Part shown: in pieces, positions 51,401 to 62,725 of the stretch
Layout of the letters: the number at the start of each line of letters is the position of its first letter
Numbering within the stretch: the stretch's first letter is position 1
Assembly (NCBI GenBank): GCA_047495785.1
Contig: JBLDXI010000046.1
Coordinates: forward strand, 372,001 to 436,000
From: Lepidodermella squamata
Taxonomy: Eukaryota > Animalia > Gastrotricha
DNA: 64,000 nucleotides
Reading direction: 5' to 3'
Notes under the pieces: generated by a model
Database searches by the model: none
Told to the model about the DNA's origin: nothing
The model's input: the letters and a program-made list of their open reading frames with translations, nothing else
Translations under genes and position numbers: made by a program

Positions 51401-53113
51401 CGCCTCTCGCTGCTATAATACTGACGTTGCCAGGACTGAATTCCAGAATCTGTTGCGTTGTTAGATTTAGAGACAAGTAGAAGAACACGGTGGCAGATTT
51501 TGCTTCGAACACATTCGGAGAATCTATTTTAATTTGTTGCGAGAGTGGATTGCTTGTTTTCAGGTCGTAGAAAGGCCCAGTTTCAAAGCTATGATGAGGC
51601 ATTTGGTTGTAGTTGATCGCCGGCCCGTGAAGTCTGTTCGGTCCGACATCGGACCACTCACGATTCTCATTCAACGGCCAGAGACCAATGAGCGCAAACG
51701 TCCTCGGCCAAATAACTCCTGAAAAATAGTTTAAACGGGATTGACGTTAACCGATATAGTGCTCACCCATTGAAACCTTTGAAACAGCGATTCTGGTCAT
51801 TATGTCCTGCGTGTTCGAAATTTGCTCCATCTCAGTGGTATTCGTGAGTTCGAAATGACGCCGTAATGTAATTAAGAGCTTGGCAATCGTTTCACTGCAA
51901 TACATTCAAACTTTACTTGAAGCAGTGCAACATGGCAGTATCTCACTTTTCGGACTTATCAAAAGCCGTAACAACCAGGCTATCTAGCGATGCGTTTGTT
52001 ACGATTTCAGCGTTAGAAGTGATCTGAAAAGCGGAAGATTCAAGCTGGAAAAAGGTCGCCTCAAACTAACTTGTTTTTCAACTGCTTGCTTCAAACTAAT
52101 TGTTGCAGCGCTCAGCGGGTTGGCATAATTGGGCATCCATGTCTGATTCCTCAGCTCGATCAAGCCGATGACTAACCCTGTTTCATGGTAAAAACTCAGG
52201 CATAAGGGTATATTGGGATTCAACTTTGAGTTATATCGGGTATGAGCGCTGGGGTTTTTCCTGGTTTTCTTGCCTGGTCCTCTCCAGCTGTGGGGGCGGC
52301 GTTCCCCCGTACAGAACTCGATGGAAAGAAGTTACGCAAAATTGACTTACATATTTGATGGCTAGCTAAAGTCGTGTGGCGAACTCGAGTGCCATTTATC
52401 AGAGACGGTAGTTCTTCGTAGCTCAAGGTGCTCGAATGAATCATAAAGGTAGAAATAGCGTCTCGTGAAGACACTGTTACATAATATCCAGGAATGTCTT
52501 CGAACCAAAGTCTTGCTCTACCAATATCTAGCAGATATGAATCGAGGAGCAAAATTTCTTGAACCTTTTCCGAAATTCTTTCAACATAGTAATCTGGACA
52601 TTTCGCTACATATAACGTGCTTTTCTTCTGTTTGCTGTTGTAAGTAATCGCGATGAAATGCCACTTGTTAAAATCGATGATTCTAACATCAAAAATCGTT
52701 TCTATTGAACTCGGCCCGGTGCCAAATCCAATCAATAGTTGATCAGGAGGCTTGTAGGTTGCCAAATAGCCGCCATTTCTATGGAAAACGAATTCATACA
52801 ACCCGACAATGTCTGATCGTGTAGCGGAGAAGAAGAAAAAAGAAATAGTGAAATCGCCGAGTAGGTCCTCCAGACGATAAGCTCGCACAATGAAGGACTC
52901 TCTGGAAAACGCCTTTACGGTGTAGGATGAGTTGTAATGGCCGAAGGGACCTGTCAGCATGGCCGACGGCACGCTGAGCGATGAGGACTCTATCAGGGGG
53001 TAATTCGTCGGGCCTATGTCTTGAACACCAGCGTCCGAGTCCAATGCGAAGTGGAAGCGCAATGTCGACTGCACAGCTGCAATGCAATAAATTGAAACTA
53101 GACAGCCCAACAT
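48456..53113 (-). CDS. RTK-A2: paralog of A1; splice path through the stalk (52350-52190) unresolved
   Basis: ORF pieces 53113-52351 (signal + LamG), SEA (LIELRNQTWMPNYANPLSAATISLKQAVEKQ), 51674-50481, 50487-50182 and 49901-48993 (TM + kinase). Last exons end EQMMADY* at 48456. Confidence 0.82.
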
Positions 53114-53937
53114 TATCCTTTCCTGAATTTCGACGAAAAACTCTGAATGCACTTCATTATTTATTGAATTTCTAACAAATTACTGCACTCCCTTTGATAT
53201 CGATAAGGAAAAATATTTCTACACAGCTGCTGATTTTAATGAAACTGAAAATGGAAAGTCGCTAATGATAAAAATACGTTTATCGCACATTTCAAAAGTT
53301 TTAATTTATTACCAGCTCTCACCTTATTAACTTCGATATTTTTTACAGTTCCGCCTCCAGATATAAACTTCCACGCTAAGTCACGTCGCTATGAATTTGT
53401 CCTTGAATTCGAATTTCCAGGCGCTGACTGAACATCGTTTTGGGGGGATTTTTCCACCTTTCAAGAAATGTAATGCTAAGATAATAAAGATATACCCAAT
53501 TGCGTGCTTTAGCAATTTTTAGCTAATAGCGATGTTGTAGATTCGGTAGTTGCACTAAGAAGTCAGAAGTCAGAAATTTCTTAGCGTTAGGGTAACAACT
53601 TTGAAAATGATTCGAATAACGAATGTAGCGTAGGATTCTCGAATTAGGGGCCCAAATTGATGTGCAAAGGGATCCTGTGGTTTTTTTGGGTTTCCTATCT
53701 TGGCTTTCCGAACTAGGTTTAGGATACTCCTATACTCCCGCGGTACTTTGCGCACTGAAGATTAGAGAAAAGGAATGTTGCTTTGTTGATACATTTTGTA
53801 TAACAATTGTGCCGAGTCCACGAACAGCAGCGGCATTGTTGATGCAACATTGCGCCTTCTCAAGTGTTTACATTCTTACATATGGCATATGTTAGTGCAC
53901 CTATACCAGTAAATATGGAGCATTGAGCCTTATTATA

Positions 53938-55916
53938 ATGAAAACTTCGTCACTGCAATGCATATTTGTTAGCCTGCTTTTAATTGCAAATATTAGCCTA
54001 ATTCTGATTGGCAACTATTATTTTTGCAGCAAGCCAGTTACAATTCTAAATTCTGAAACAAATACATCTACATCAGCGAATTTAACCGAATATCAGTTAG
54101 TAGAAGAGAGGAGAAAGTTCAAATTTCGCGGTTGCAACTCCATCGAAAGATGGCAAGAGGAACGAGATAAACTTCGAGCCGCTGAGACAATCGAATCAAA
54201 CAAGCTAGTCAACCAATTCAACCTCACTCGAGTCGCTCATTTCGTATTACATCCTAAATCTGCCCACAGAAAATTCACTTTTAAAGTAAGCCCAATTATT
54301 GACGATTTTGCATGATAATTGTTGTTTGAAGAACTATATTAGCCTCCTCAGTGCTGTGCGGTTTCTTGAGCCAGATGAAGTGTACATTCACATACCATCC
54401 GAGCCTGAACCGGACGAATCATGCTACCATCACTGGTGGGAAGAAGCTCTATCCACCATCCCTTTTCTAAGGCTCAACTACACGAAAAACATCACTTTAG
54501 AAGCAATTATCAGTTCGATTCGAAGTTCAGGTGGAGGTTTTGTGATCCCTTTAGCTGGCATTGTTTTCGGAGGCAGCGCAACTACTCCAAACATCCGAAG
54601 CTCTCATGCGAGAAGAATCTCCATTAAAAACCCTAGAGAGCTTATTCTCCTCAAAGAAGAACAGATCGCATCTATTTCCTGCACCGACTACCTACCAGTG
54701 AAAAAGAGCAAAACCTCTAATGGGAATTTCGTGATGGACGACGATCAGTACTATGGCCTAGAAATCGACCCAAACGCCCCCATCGATTTTTGCTATTCAA
54801 TACCAGATGGAGTCGAATTATTTCCCATTGATATAATGACGGGGCAAGAGCCGTTTGCGAAACTAGTCCGGACCCTGTTCTACGGAACAAAGGAAGAAAT
54901 GTTCGTAAAACCAGCTCGTTACAGCCTTGTGACCACGATTCCACTGATTTGCCACTACATTTGGATCATAGGGTCAAATTTAGAGTTCGATTCTTTCCTC
55001 AGCATGTTAAGCTGCCTTAATATTTTAGGGTATGTCTGAGATTCGTATTGAGACCTCTGTTATCACAGGTTTTTCTTGATTTAGAGCCGACATTTTCATT
55101 CACGGTTCACTTCCTCCCTCTGGATGGAGATGGGAGAAACTGCTGGCAATGGGCGGGTCTAAGGTCCGATTCATTCGAACTCGGCTCCCTGAAATGGTCT
55201 ATGGTAACGTGGTTTGGGAAAAGGCGCATATCAGTGACGTTTGGCGAGTTGAGGTCCTTCTTCGATACGGCGGTATCTACGTTGACTGGGACGCGATTTT
55301 CGTCAAACCTCTAGATCCATCCCTGCTAAAACACGACGCTGTCCTATGCTTCGATATAGTCAAATACCCTGATTATCCTGATGTCATGAGTAATGGAGTT
55401 ATGCTGGCTAAACCGGGCTCATTCTTCTTCCACCAAGTTCAGGTTTGAAATTTATTTAATTTAACTGCAGTTAAATTAAATAAATTTCAAAAAATTTGGA
55501 TTTTTTAGAAATCAATGAAGGATTTTCGTTCAAATGCGACTGGCTTAGGGTTGATACCCCATTTTTACAACTCTTTGTTTCTTTACTACAAAACATATGA
55601 GTGCTATCCTGATAGCGTATATCTCGAACCTCGACTTCAAGTTATCTGCTACGACAGCCGATGTCATCCAACATGGCTGCCGAATTACAAAGATCTAGAG
55701 CTACATTACGACATTGATTGGATGGCCGGGGAAGCCTATGCGCTACATAACACTTATCCGATACCGAACGAATTCAAATCGGAGGAGACTTTACTGAAAG
55801 CTAATGGAACTCGCTCTTTCTACTTTGATATTGCTCTTAAAGTTCTAAAGCATTCGGGAATCGAACTGAAAGATTTGGCAAGTTATAAGTCCAACGAACT
55901 CAAAACTCTTCATTAA
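53938..55916 (+). CDS. Type II membrane GT32-family (alpha-1,4-glycosyltransferase-like, DXD) protein
   Basis: Exons 53938-54285, 54332-55029, 55085-55442 and 55509-55916 are in frame. N-terminal TM; IPLICHYIW, AHISDVWRVEVLLRYGGIYVDWD, SNGVMLAKPGSFF. Confidence 0.88.
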
Positions 55917-56316
55917 GAAGCGCATTCGACCTTTGCAGTAAAGTCAAATCATGATCGACGATGAGGAGCCGAAAAAGCCGAAGCTTCACACCACTTGACT
56001 AATGGATATACATAGTTTTACCTCGTTATGAATGATTTTATTGGAATGCTCATCTACCTTTAACCGGATAGAAGGTTGAAAATTGATTCGAATCCGGTAC
56101 ACGGGTTGAAATCAATAATACGAGGTTATTTGACAGTTCAATTCTAATGCGAACTCACACCCCGTATAATTTCCATCTAAAATTCAGGCTATTTTTGGAT
56201 AAATAATAAATTGCGAGAATCCTAGCTGTGCACCGGTATCAATTATTGAATTACGAATTACGAAAACCATTTGTTTACTTCTTCACATGACAATCCCATA
56301 GCAACCGATATCGTAA

Positions 56317-56324
56317 TATAAATA
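56317..56324 (+). promoter_or_regulatory. Candidate TATA box of LamG-EGF paralog 2
   Basis: TATAAATA followed 21-27 nt later by TCAGT initiator-like motifs, with the ATG at 56357. Confidence 0.6.
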
Positions 56325-56356
56325 GCACTGATTCCAGTCAGTTCAGTGCGAAAAAA

Positions 56357-58195
56357 ATGATTTTCCCATTGTTTTTCCTCACTCTGATGCCCTTTGCTTT
56401 TGGCCAGGAGTGCGTAGCGCAGTTTCTGAACAATCAAGCTAATCTGCCTAACCCAGTCACCTTTTGGCCAATGAATGCGTTATTCGGGCTTCGGGACGTT
56501 TCTGGTAACAACATCCATGCGAACTTCGCCGCTACAACTGGAGAGCTGGTAGAGGGCCCTGATGGACTGCCGAACACAGCTTACGAAACGAACAAGGCAG
56601 ACACGACGAGTTGGATAGTTGTGAACACCTCAGCCGTCAACATGGGCGCATCTTCTTTCACCCTTGCCGGATACGTCTTCGCACCTAATCGAGCTGCCAT
56701 TTATGAATACTACTCAGGCTCAATTGCCCAAGCCTGGTTATGGAATATGAATCGATACAACCTGTACGACATGCAGCCTAATGTACTCACCGCTAATAGT
56801 GCTATTGACGGAGCTGCAGAGGGGACCTTGTCATGTGACTTTTCGAAATGGCAATTCATCGCGCATATCTACGACGCGGCAACAGCGAAGCACTACGTGT
56901 ATTGCAACACAACCATAAGCAATTTAGCCCCACTGCCTTCTGCTCCTATGACAACTGATACACTTATCTTCGGTCACAGGTTTCTTTTAAGCATTTTCAT
57001 GTTTCTTGCGACAACATGTCCCATAAGTAACGCAAGCAAAGATAATACACGGTAAACGGGTTCAGAAACTCTAAAACGAGAGACGTCGCTAGAGTCTAAT
57101 CTCATGGTCAGAAAAAAGTTATAAAATTTTAATCAGGTATGTCACTTGTTAAAAAATTAAATTGTTAAAAATAGAAATGTGGTCCAACCCGGTAAAATAC
57201 CGAAAATTACCGAACTAGTTACCATCGGGGGTTTTCAGGTTTTCGGTTAACGGTTAAATCGCGGATAAAAGATGCTGGGAATTTTCTCTTGGTAGGTTCA
57301 ATTCTTAAAAATTGATTGAATTTTCTACAAAAAGTTGCCAAATTAAAAAATAATTGGGACACGCTGTAAAAGCTTGTTTTTTCACAGAATGCCTAACATG
57401 TATATCGGAGGGTCGTTTGACAACAAGTATGCATGCATTTCGCTGTGGAAAGCTGCGCTGATCCCATCGCACCTGGCGACCATTCGCCAACAATGTCAAC
57501 TTATAAATCGTAACAGAAATATCCCATCTGAACTTCTGTGATTCCGGCATTTCCTATATAGAGATAAAGTGCAACGACAAGTGTTTACCCGGTAGCTGTG
57601 TCGGAGACTTGAATAGCATGGGCGGTTATCGATGCACGTGCCAAGAAGGCTGGGAAGGTTGGGACTGCAGGATTCGTAAGTTACAAGAGTTCGAAAAGCT
57701 AAATACAGTTGGTTTCTTTATTATCAAGCGACATGCAACCCAGGGTGCGGCATTGGAGGAAGATGCACGGCCCCAAATACGTGTACTTGCGCCCCGGGCT
57801 GGTCTGGCAGTCTCTGTGAATTACGTAAGACAATAACAGAAAATGGACATTAAACTTCGATCTTCTGATATTTTCTAGCATCTTGCCCTTCAGGCTGTGA
57901 AAATGGCGGGACTTGCATTAGGCCTAATCGATGCGCTTGCGCCAGTGGCTGGTTGCCACCCGACTGTCTTACTCGTGAGTCTGCCTCACTATATATCACA
58001 TTTGATTGTGTTCTTGGGCTTCGCAGCATCCTGCCCGAAACGATGCTACTTTCGCGGAAAATGCATCGCCCCTAACAACTGCGAATGCAGGCAAGGTTGG
58101 ACTGGTGCAGATTGTTCTACAAGTTAGTTCGGGCATAAAACTTGAAAAAAACCGTACAGTATTTCTTCCATATAGGAACTGAAGGTGTGTATTGA
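56357..58195 (+). CDS. Secreted LamG + 4 EGF-like domain protein, paralog 2
   Basis: Exons 56357-56979, 57388-57509, 57562-57675, 57729-57824, 57879-57974, 58027-58122 and 58176-58195. Shares ETNKAD.TSWI, SSFT.AG.V.AP and SCVGDL with paralog 1. Confidence 0.87.
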
Positions 58196-58692
58196 CGGAT
58201 GAAATTCTTATTCATATTATTCACCGCAGTATTTCTGCTTCAGGTTATTGCCAAACTGCCGCATGCTGATTGGCCCCGTTCCAAATTTCCCTTCTTACAC
58301 CTTTCACCAAGGTGAAGCCATAGCCTGAATTACTCTTGTTGCCTCGTCAAATCTGTCTGAAATCAGTCTAACGCAATTTCTCATCGAATCGCCATTTATG
58401 ACCTTTTCTGGCCATATGATAACGTGACTTCACATCTCATTTTGGACTTTCTAGTCACTCTTTAGTTCATCTTGTTTGCTTGCTTTTCATGATTATTTTC
58501 ATGCGATTTCCTAATACAGAACAGTGAACAGGATGGTACCTCAAAATCCTCACATTAATTTATGAGTTCCTCACTTAAAAAATCACTCACGGCTTGGCAA
58601 AACGATTTCCGACAAGCTTTTTATTTACGGTTGACTTCAAATTTCACAGTTTCGACATATCAAGAGGCTAGATAACTTTCTCGCCAATGTCC

Positions 58693-59442
58693 TTAGTTGT
58701 GAGCGGAAACCTCACTCCAAAACTGGGTCAAAAACACCTTCATGAAATCGTGACGCTGCTGAGCCAGTTGGCGCGCAGATTCCGTCTTCATCATAGCCGA
58801 CAAATGCAGCAACTTCTCATAGACATGCCCAATCGCATCGCCGCCTTTTGGCTTAACAGTCGATGCGTTGTACTGCTCAGCCGTCGGCTTCTCAGCCACG
58901 TAATTCTCCGGCTCAGTGAACTGCGAAATCACGCCTCCAGTCGCCCCAGCATACGCGAAACACCTAGCCAAACCCGCGGCGCCGATCGCGTCTAAACGAT
59001 CAGCGTCCTGGACAATCATGAATTCAATCGTCGAGCAAATCGCTGGTTTCGACTGATTCGCCTCCAACTCCTTACGGAAGGACATGTTCGCGACAATTTG
59101 AAGGCACGAGTCTTTTTCGTCGTGCGTAAGGCCCGGAATTTTGTCGAGAATTGCCAGGATGTGCTGGCGTTGAACTTCAACGCTTTTCGTGTATTTAAAA
59201 TCGCCGACGTCGTGGATGAGCGCGGTGATTGCGACGACTTTTTCGTTGATTTTCAAGCTGCTATCACGGGCCTGTTCCATAGCGACTAGACGCAGGGCGT
59301 TTGATTTAACGCGTTCGATGTGGCTGTAATCGTGGGAGGCGTCTTGTTTGTTGTCTTCTAGGTAGATTTTGACTAGCTGCTCGGTTGTTCGAAGCATCTC
59401 GGAGCTCAACAAGTTATCAGTCGCTGAACAAGCATTAACCAT
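58693..59442 (-). CDS. Intronless HD-domain metal-dependent phosphohydrolase (YedJ/YpgQ-like)
   Basis: SHDYSHIERV, ALIHDVGDFKY, VQDADRLDAIGAAGLARCFAY, HVYEKLL..MMKTESARQLAQQRHDFM..FL.QF..E. Confidence 0.9.
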   Translation of the reverse strand: MVNACSATDNLLSSEMLRTTEQLVKIYLEDNKQDASHDYSHIERVKSNALRLVAMEQARDSSLKINEKVVAITALIHDVGDFKYTKSVEVQRQHILAILDKIPGLTHDEKDSCLQIVANMSFRKELEANQSKPAICSTIEFMIVQDADRLDAIGAAGLARCFAYAGATGGVISQFTEPENYVAEKPTAEQYNASTVKPKGGDAIGHVYEKLLHLSAMMKTESARQLAQQRHDFMKVFLTQFWSEVSAHN

Positions 59443-60579
59443 CTTTCGGCGTCTAAATACTCCTACAAGTTAACGGAAAAATAGTTAAACTTGAACAATA
59501 AGGTAAATTTAGCTGAAGAATTATTAAAAAAATGACCTATAGCAAGAGCTGTCATTGATAGAAACAGCAGACTATAGCGAGTACTGTATCAATTTTATTG
59601 CATGTGAAAAAAGGCGAGATAACAAAAAAGTCACAACACATAATGTGGCAACACATTTTACACACGTGCGAGAGAAAAAACAGTGCGATGTGTATATGAG
59701 TGTGTTAGTACAATTTTTCATTCATAAAATAATGATAGTGGTCGTGATGATTCATACGCCGCCATACCGTAGCGCGGGATAGGTTTGGACACTTCGGCTT
59801 TGCAGGTGAATAGGTTTGTAACGCCGTATGATAAAAATACAAGGTTTGTTGCATAAAATTCCCCGTCTCATGCGCTGTCGAATGGCATGAGCCCCAGGGC
59901 GATTGGAGTAAAACTTGATTTTTAAAAAATATTATAAGAAATGCAACTCAACTGGCCAATTTTGGGCCCTTTATTTAGGACAAAAGGTATTTTTCTCAAT
60001 TTCTTCAGAAAACATTATGTTCATATTTTTTTTCGAATTTGAAAATTGAAAATTCAGGGGAAAGGAACAAGGTAAATATGTGTAGAAAATCAATAAATTT
60101 TACCGGAAAAACGAAGCTCACCTTAAACATTTTGGTTTAAACAAATTATATTAATTTCCGAATTAGGACACATTTTTGATCCTCGAACAGTGTGGAATAA
60201 GGTGGTGGGGCCGGTGGATATACGGTACCGCCGAGTTGGCCCTGTAGTTTAGCAAAAATGTCCCTCGACCAAAGGGTCCCCCTTGTGCTTTTATTATAAT
60301 TTTCCCAGCTCATCCTCACCAGTTGGAAGATCCTATATTCCACCCCGAATGGTTTAGTCAAAAATTACAGGTATAACACTTTTCGATCCCAGCATTGCCC
60401 AACTTAAAGTCTTGAACTTGAGATCAAATACCAAATTTCAGGTTTTTTCAAAGCGTGCATCAGCCTGATGTCGGATTTCAAGAATTTCAACACTTCGAAT
60501 GTCTTCAAATGCTTTTATTTGAACTTGATAATAAAACTAAGGGTTTGCGTTACGGAAATGTCAATGAAGTGTCCCTGAA

Positions 60580-60996
60580 TTATTTCCTAGCCATTGCAAA
60601 CAGTGACAGTCTGCCGTTTTTGCAGACAGTATCGACGATTTGCTTACAAAACGGAGAAATCTGACAGATGCCTGTTAGTAACTGCTCTCGGCAAGACAGG
60701 CCCGGTTTGGCTTGGTCGTGAGATACTGTTTCCTTCTTATCCAAAATCCGCAATTCGTCATTCATGTCGGACAATCCAGGAAAATCCTCTATTTCCTTCT
60801 CGACGCCAGCTGAAACAATGGAGAAAATTCAAAATTAGGCAATTTCTAAAAATGTAAAATAAAACTTGCATTGTTCTGGTTCGTTAGCCTCAGGTATCGC
60901 ATTGATGTACAGAAAATTTTGGGCCAGGCCTTCCCTCACGAGTAGAGCGAAATATACTGAAAACAGCATGAGAGCGAGAAAAAATTGGGACGTCAT
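60580..60996 (-). CDS. Small secreted prepropeptide-like protein; 3' structure uncertain, may extend to about 59720
   Basis: ATG at 60996 with signal peptide MTSQFFLALMLFSVYFALLVREGLA. A GC donor (gcaagt at 60869) and tttcag acceptor (exon from 60809) give an acidic segment, KK, and a Cys-containing tail. Confidence 0.5.
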
Positions 60997-61744
60997 TTTG
61001 GTTTATAATCAAGCCATTTCACCAAATTCTAAGTTACAGAAAAATAACATTAAAATATTAGCATTTTTGTCATTCTTTGTCTCCTGAGACCTTCGAGGTC
61101 ATTTGGTATTTTCTTGCGCTAGTAAAGAATTTCATTTTGCTAATTAAAACTGGAACACATGGGATTCCAGAATTTCTGGACTCGTTGGGGATTGGTATCT
61201 TACAGAAGCTAAAATATCGTAAAAAGCAAAAATTGGAACTCGAAATTTGAACCGAGGAAATGACATGAAATAGTTGCGCAGACATTGCCAGGGATTGTCC
61301 ATGATTTTCCGTTCAATGACGTTCAATATTCATCTAACGGCCCCCAGCATAGAAATTGGGCTATATATCCATAAATAGCGTCTGTGGGAGTCTCACGTGG
61401 TCAACATTGCATTCTCAAGAACTTAATTTTCTCCTACTCGAGCTTTTTTACGGCTCTCTCCACTCAAGTGTTAAGCCCTTGAAAGACAGCGTAGCTTTTA
61501 GGCGAAACCAAAATCAGCGCTACTTCATAGTTCTGCATACAGTTTCTCAACTGACTGGTAATTCCCACGCTCATTTACACATGAAATAACTCCTTAATTT
61601 TGAAAAATTATGAGAGCATCAGCTGTTTTAATATATTCAACAAATAAGAAAATATTTCCGAGTATTCATAAGCCATTTTTATTTTTTTCACTGAACCGAA
61701 TAAAACAGAAGGAAGAATCCATAAAAATTACAAATTTTTCCAAA

Positions 61745-62725
61745 TCAGAGCTGCTTAACGTCGCACGAAGTTGTAATTACAACAGCTGATTCAGATTTTT
61801 TAATCAAAGGCTCACTGTTATTTCCCGAAGAAATCTCCTCATTGGAGCTCTCGCCAGATTTAACGGAATTCCTTGCCGTCGACAGTTGATTCGCCACTTT
61901 ACGAAAATGGATGCACCTGAAAATCGCAAAAACAAGAGCACCAGCGCTGAGAAGCAACAGCACGGCCAATACACCTAAAGTCACTGATAACGGCTGGATT
62001 CTCAATTGATTCCCAACTCCACTTTCCGCCGGGCCATTTCGCGTTGGCTCAACTTTAACAGGAGTCATTTGGGCAGATAGAGTTTCAGGCTTAATGTGGC
62101 AGTAGTACTGGAGCACCTTCTCCTGGCCGTTATTCGCCGACCGGCCAGCCCCGTACCATTTCGCCTGGTAACCAGGTGGGCAGGTAAAGTCGCCAGTTAC
62201 AGGATTAGGAACATCATCAGATATCGAATTGCCTTCTCGTTGAATCTGGTAGAAACCACCCAGCTCTGATCCGTTGAAGAACACGAAGCAGATCGATTGT
62301 TGACACGCAACTGGCCGAATGTAGCGATCTTCACTGTCGAGAAAACTCGGCGATAGCAGGTTGAAAACGATTGTCTCATAGCCAAGCGGGCATGTGAAAG
62401 CGTTTGTGACCGGGTTGATCGCTTCAATGGTCGGCAAATTGCCGTATTTCTCATCGCATTTGAAGAACATCCCGCCAAACGGGTCGAAGCCTCGTGTCTT
62501 AGCGAGGCATAAATGCGTCTCTAAGATTTCTTCCTGGTAGTCCGAAACAGGACTTGCGACTAAGAAATCGGTGGTGTTGTCCGGGCAGTAGGCGTTTTTG
62601 TCGTCAAACGTGTTGGCAATCAAAGCGCCTCGGCGATACGAGTACAAGCCGCGGAAGCTTGTTGCCTCGCTGCCTGGCAGAACTAAGCACCATAATAAAA
62701 GAAATGCCGGACGTAGGGGTGTCAT
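61745..62725 (-). CDS. Intronless type I membrane protein with an MPEG1/perforin-2 P2-like three-repeat domain and no MACPF domain
   Basis: Signal peptide MTPLRPAFLLLWCLVLPGSEA. Repeats FRGLY..N....YCP, FGGMF..NPVTNAFTCPLGY and LGGFYQ..NPVTGDFTCPPGY. TM VTLGVLAVLLLLSAGALVFAIF, then a Ser-rich tail. Confidence 0.78.
   Translation of the reverse strand: MTPLRPAFLLLWCLVLPGSEATSFRGLYSYRRGALIANTFDDKNAYCPDNTTDFLVASPVSDYQEEILETHLCLAKTRGFDPFGGMFFKCDEKYGNLPTIEAINPVTNAFTCPLGYETIVFNLLSPSFLDSEDRYIRPVACQQSICFVFFNGSELGGFYQIQREGNSISDDVPNPVTGDFTCPPGYQAKWYGAGRSANNGQEKVLQYYCHIKPETLSAQMTPVKVEPTRNGPAESGVGNQLRIQPLSVTLGVLAVLLLLSAGALVFAIFRCIHFRKVANQLSTARNSVKSGESSNEEISSGNNSEPLIKKSESAVVITTSCDVKQL

Larger units (their letters stand above)
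27225..53460. repeat. Tandem segmental duplication: unit 1 about 27.2-40.2 kb, unit 2 about 42.1-53.5 kb
   Basis: Genes are collinear and non-coding flanks are shared: ggcaggttcttt near 27228/42138, gttttcattagctgcccttt near 27496/42200, actgcact..tttgatatcgataa near 39682/53182. Boundaries are approximate. Confidence 0.9.

Noticed and set aside
59800-59845. CILSYGVTNLFTC as the luqin/RYamide precursor C-terminal motif
   Set aside because: The spacing is C-x11-C rather than the usual x10, the frame is uncertain, and no RF/RY-G-KR peptide follows the signal peptide.
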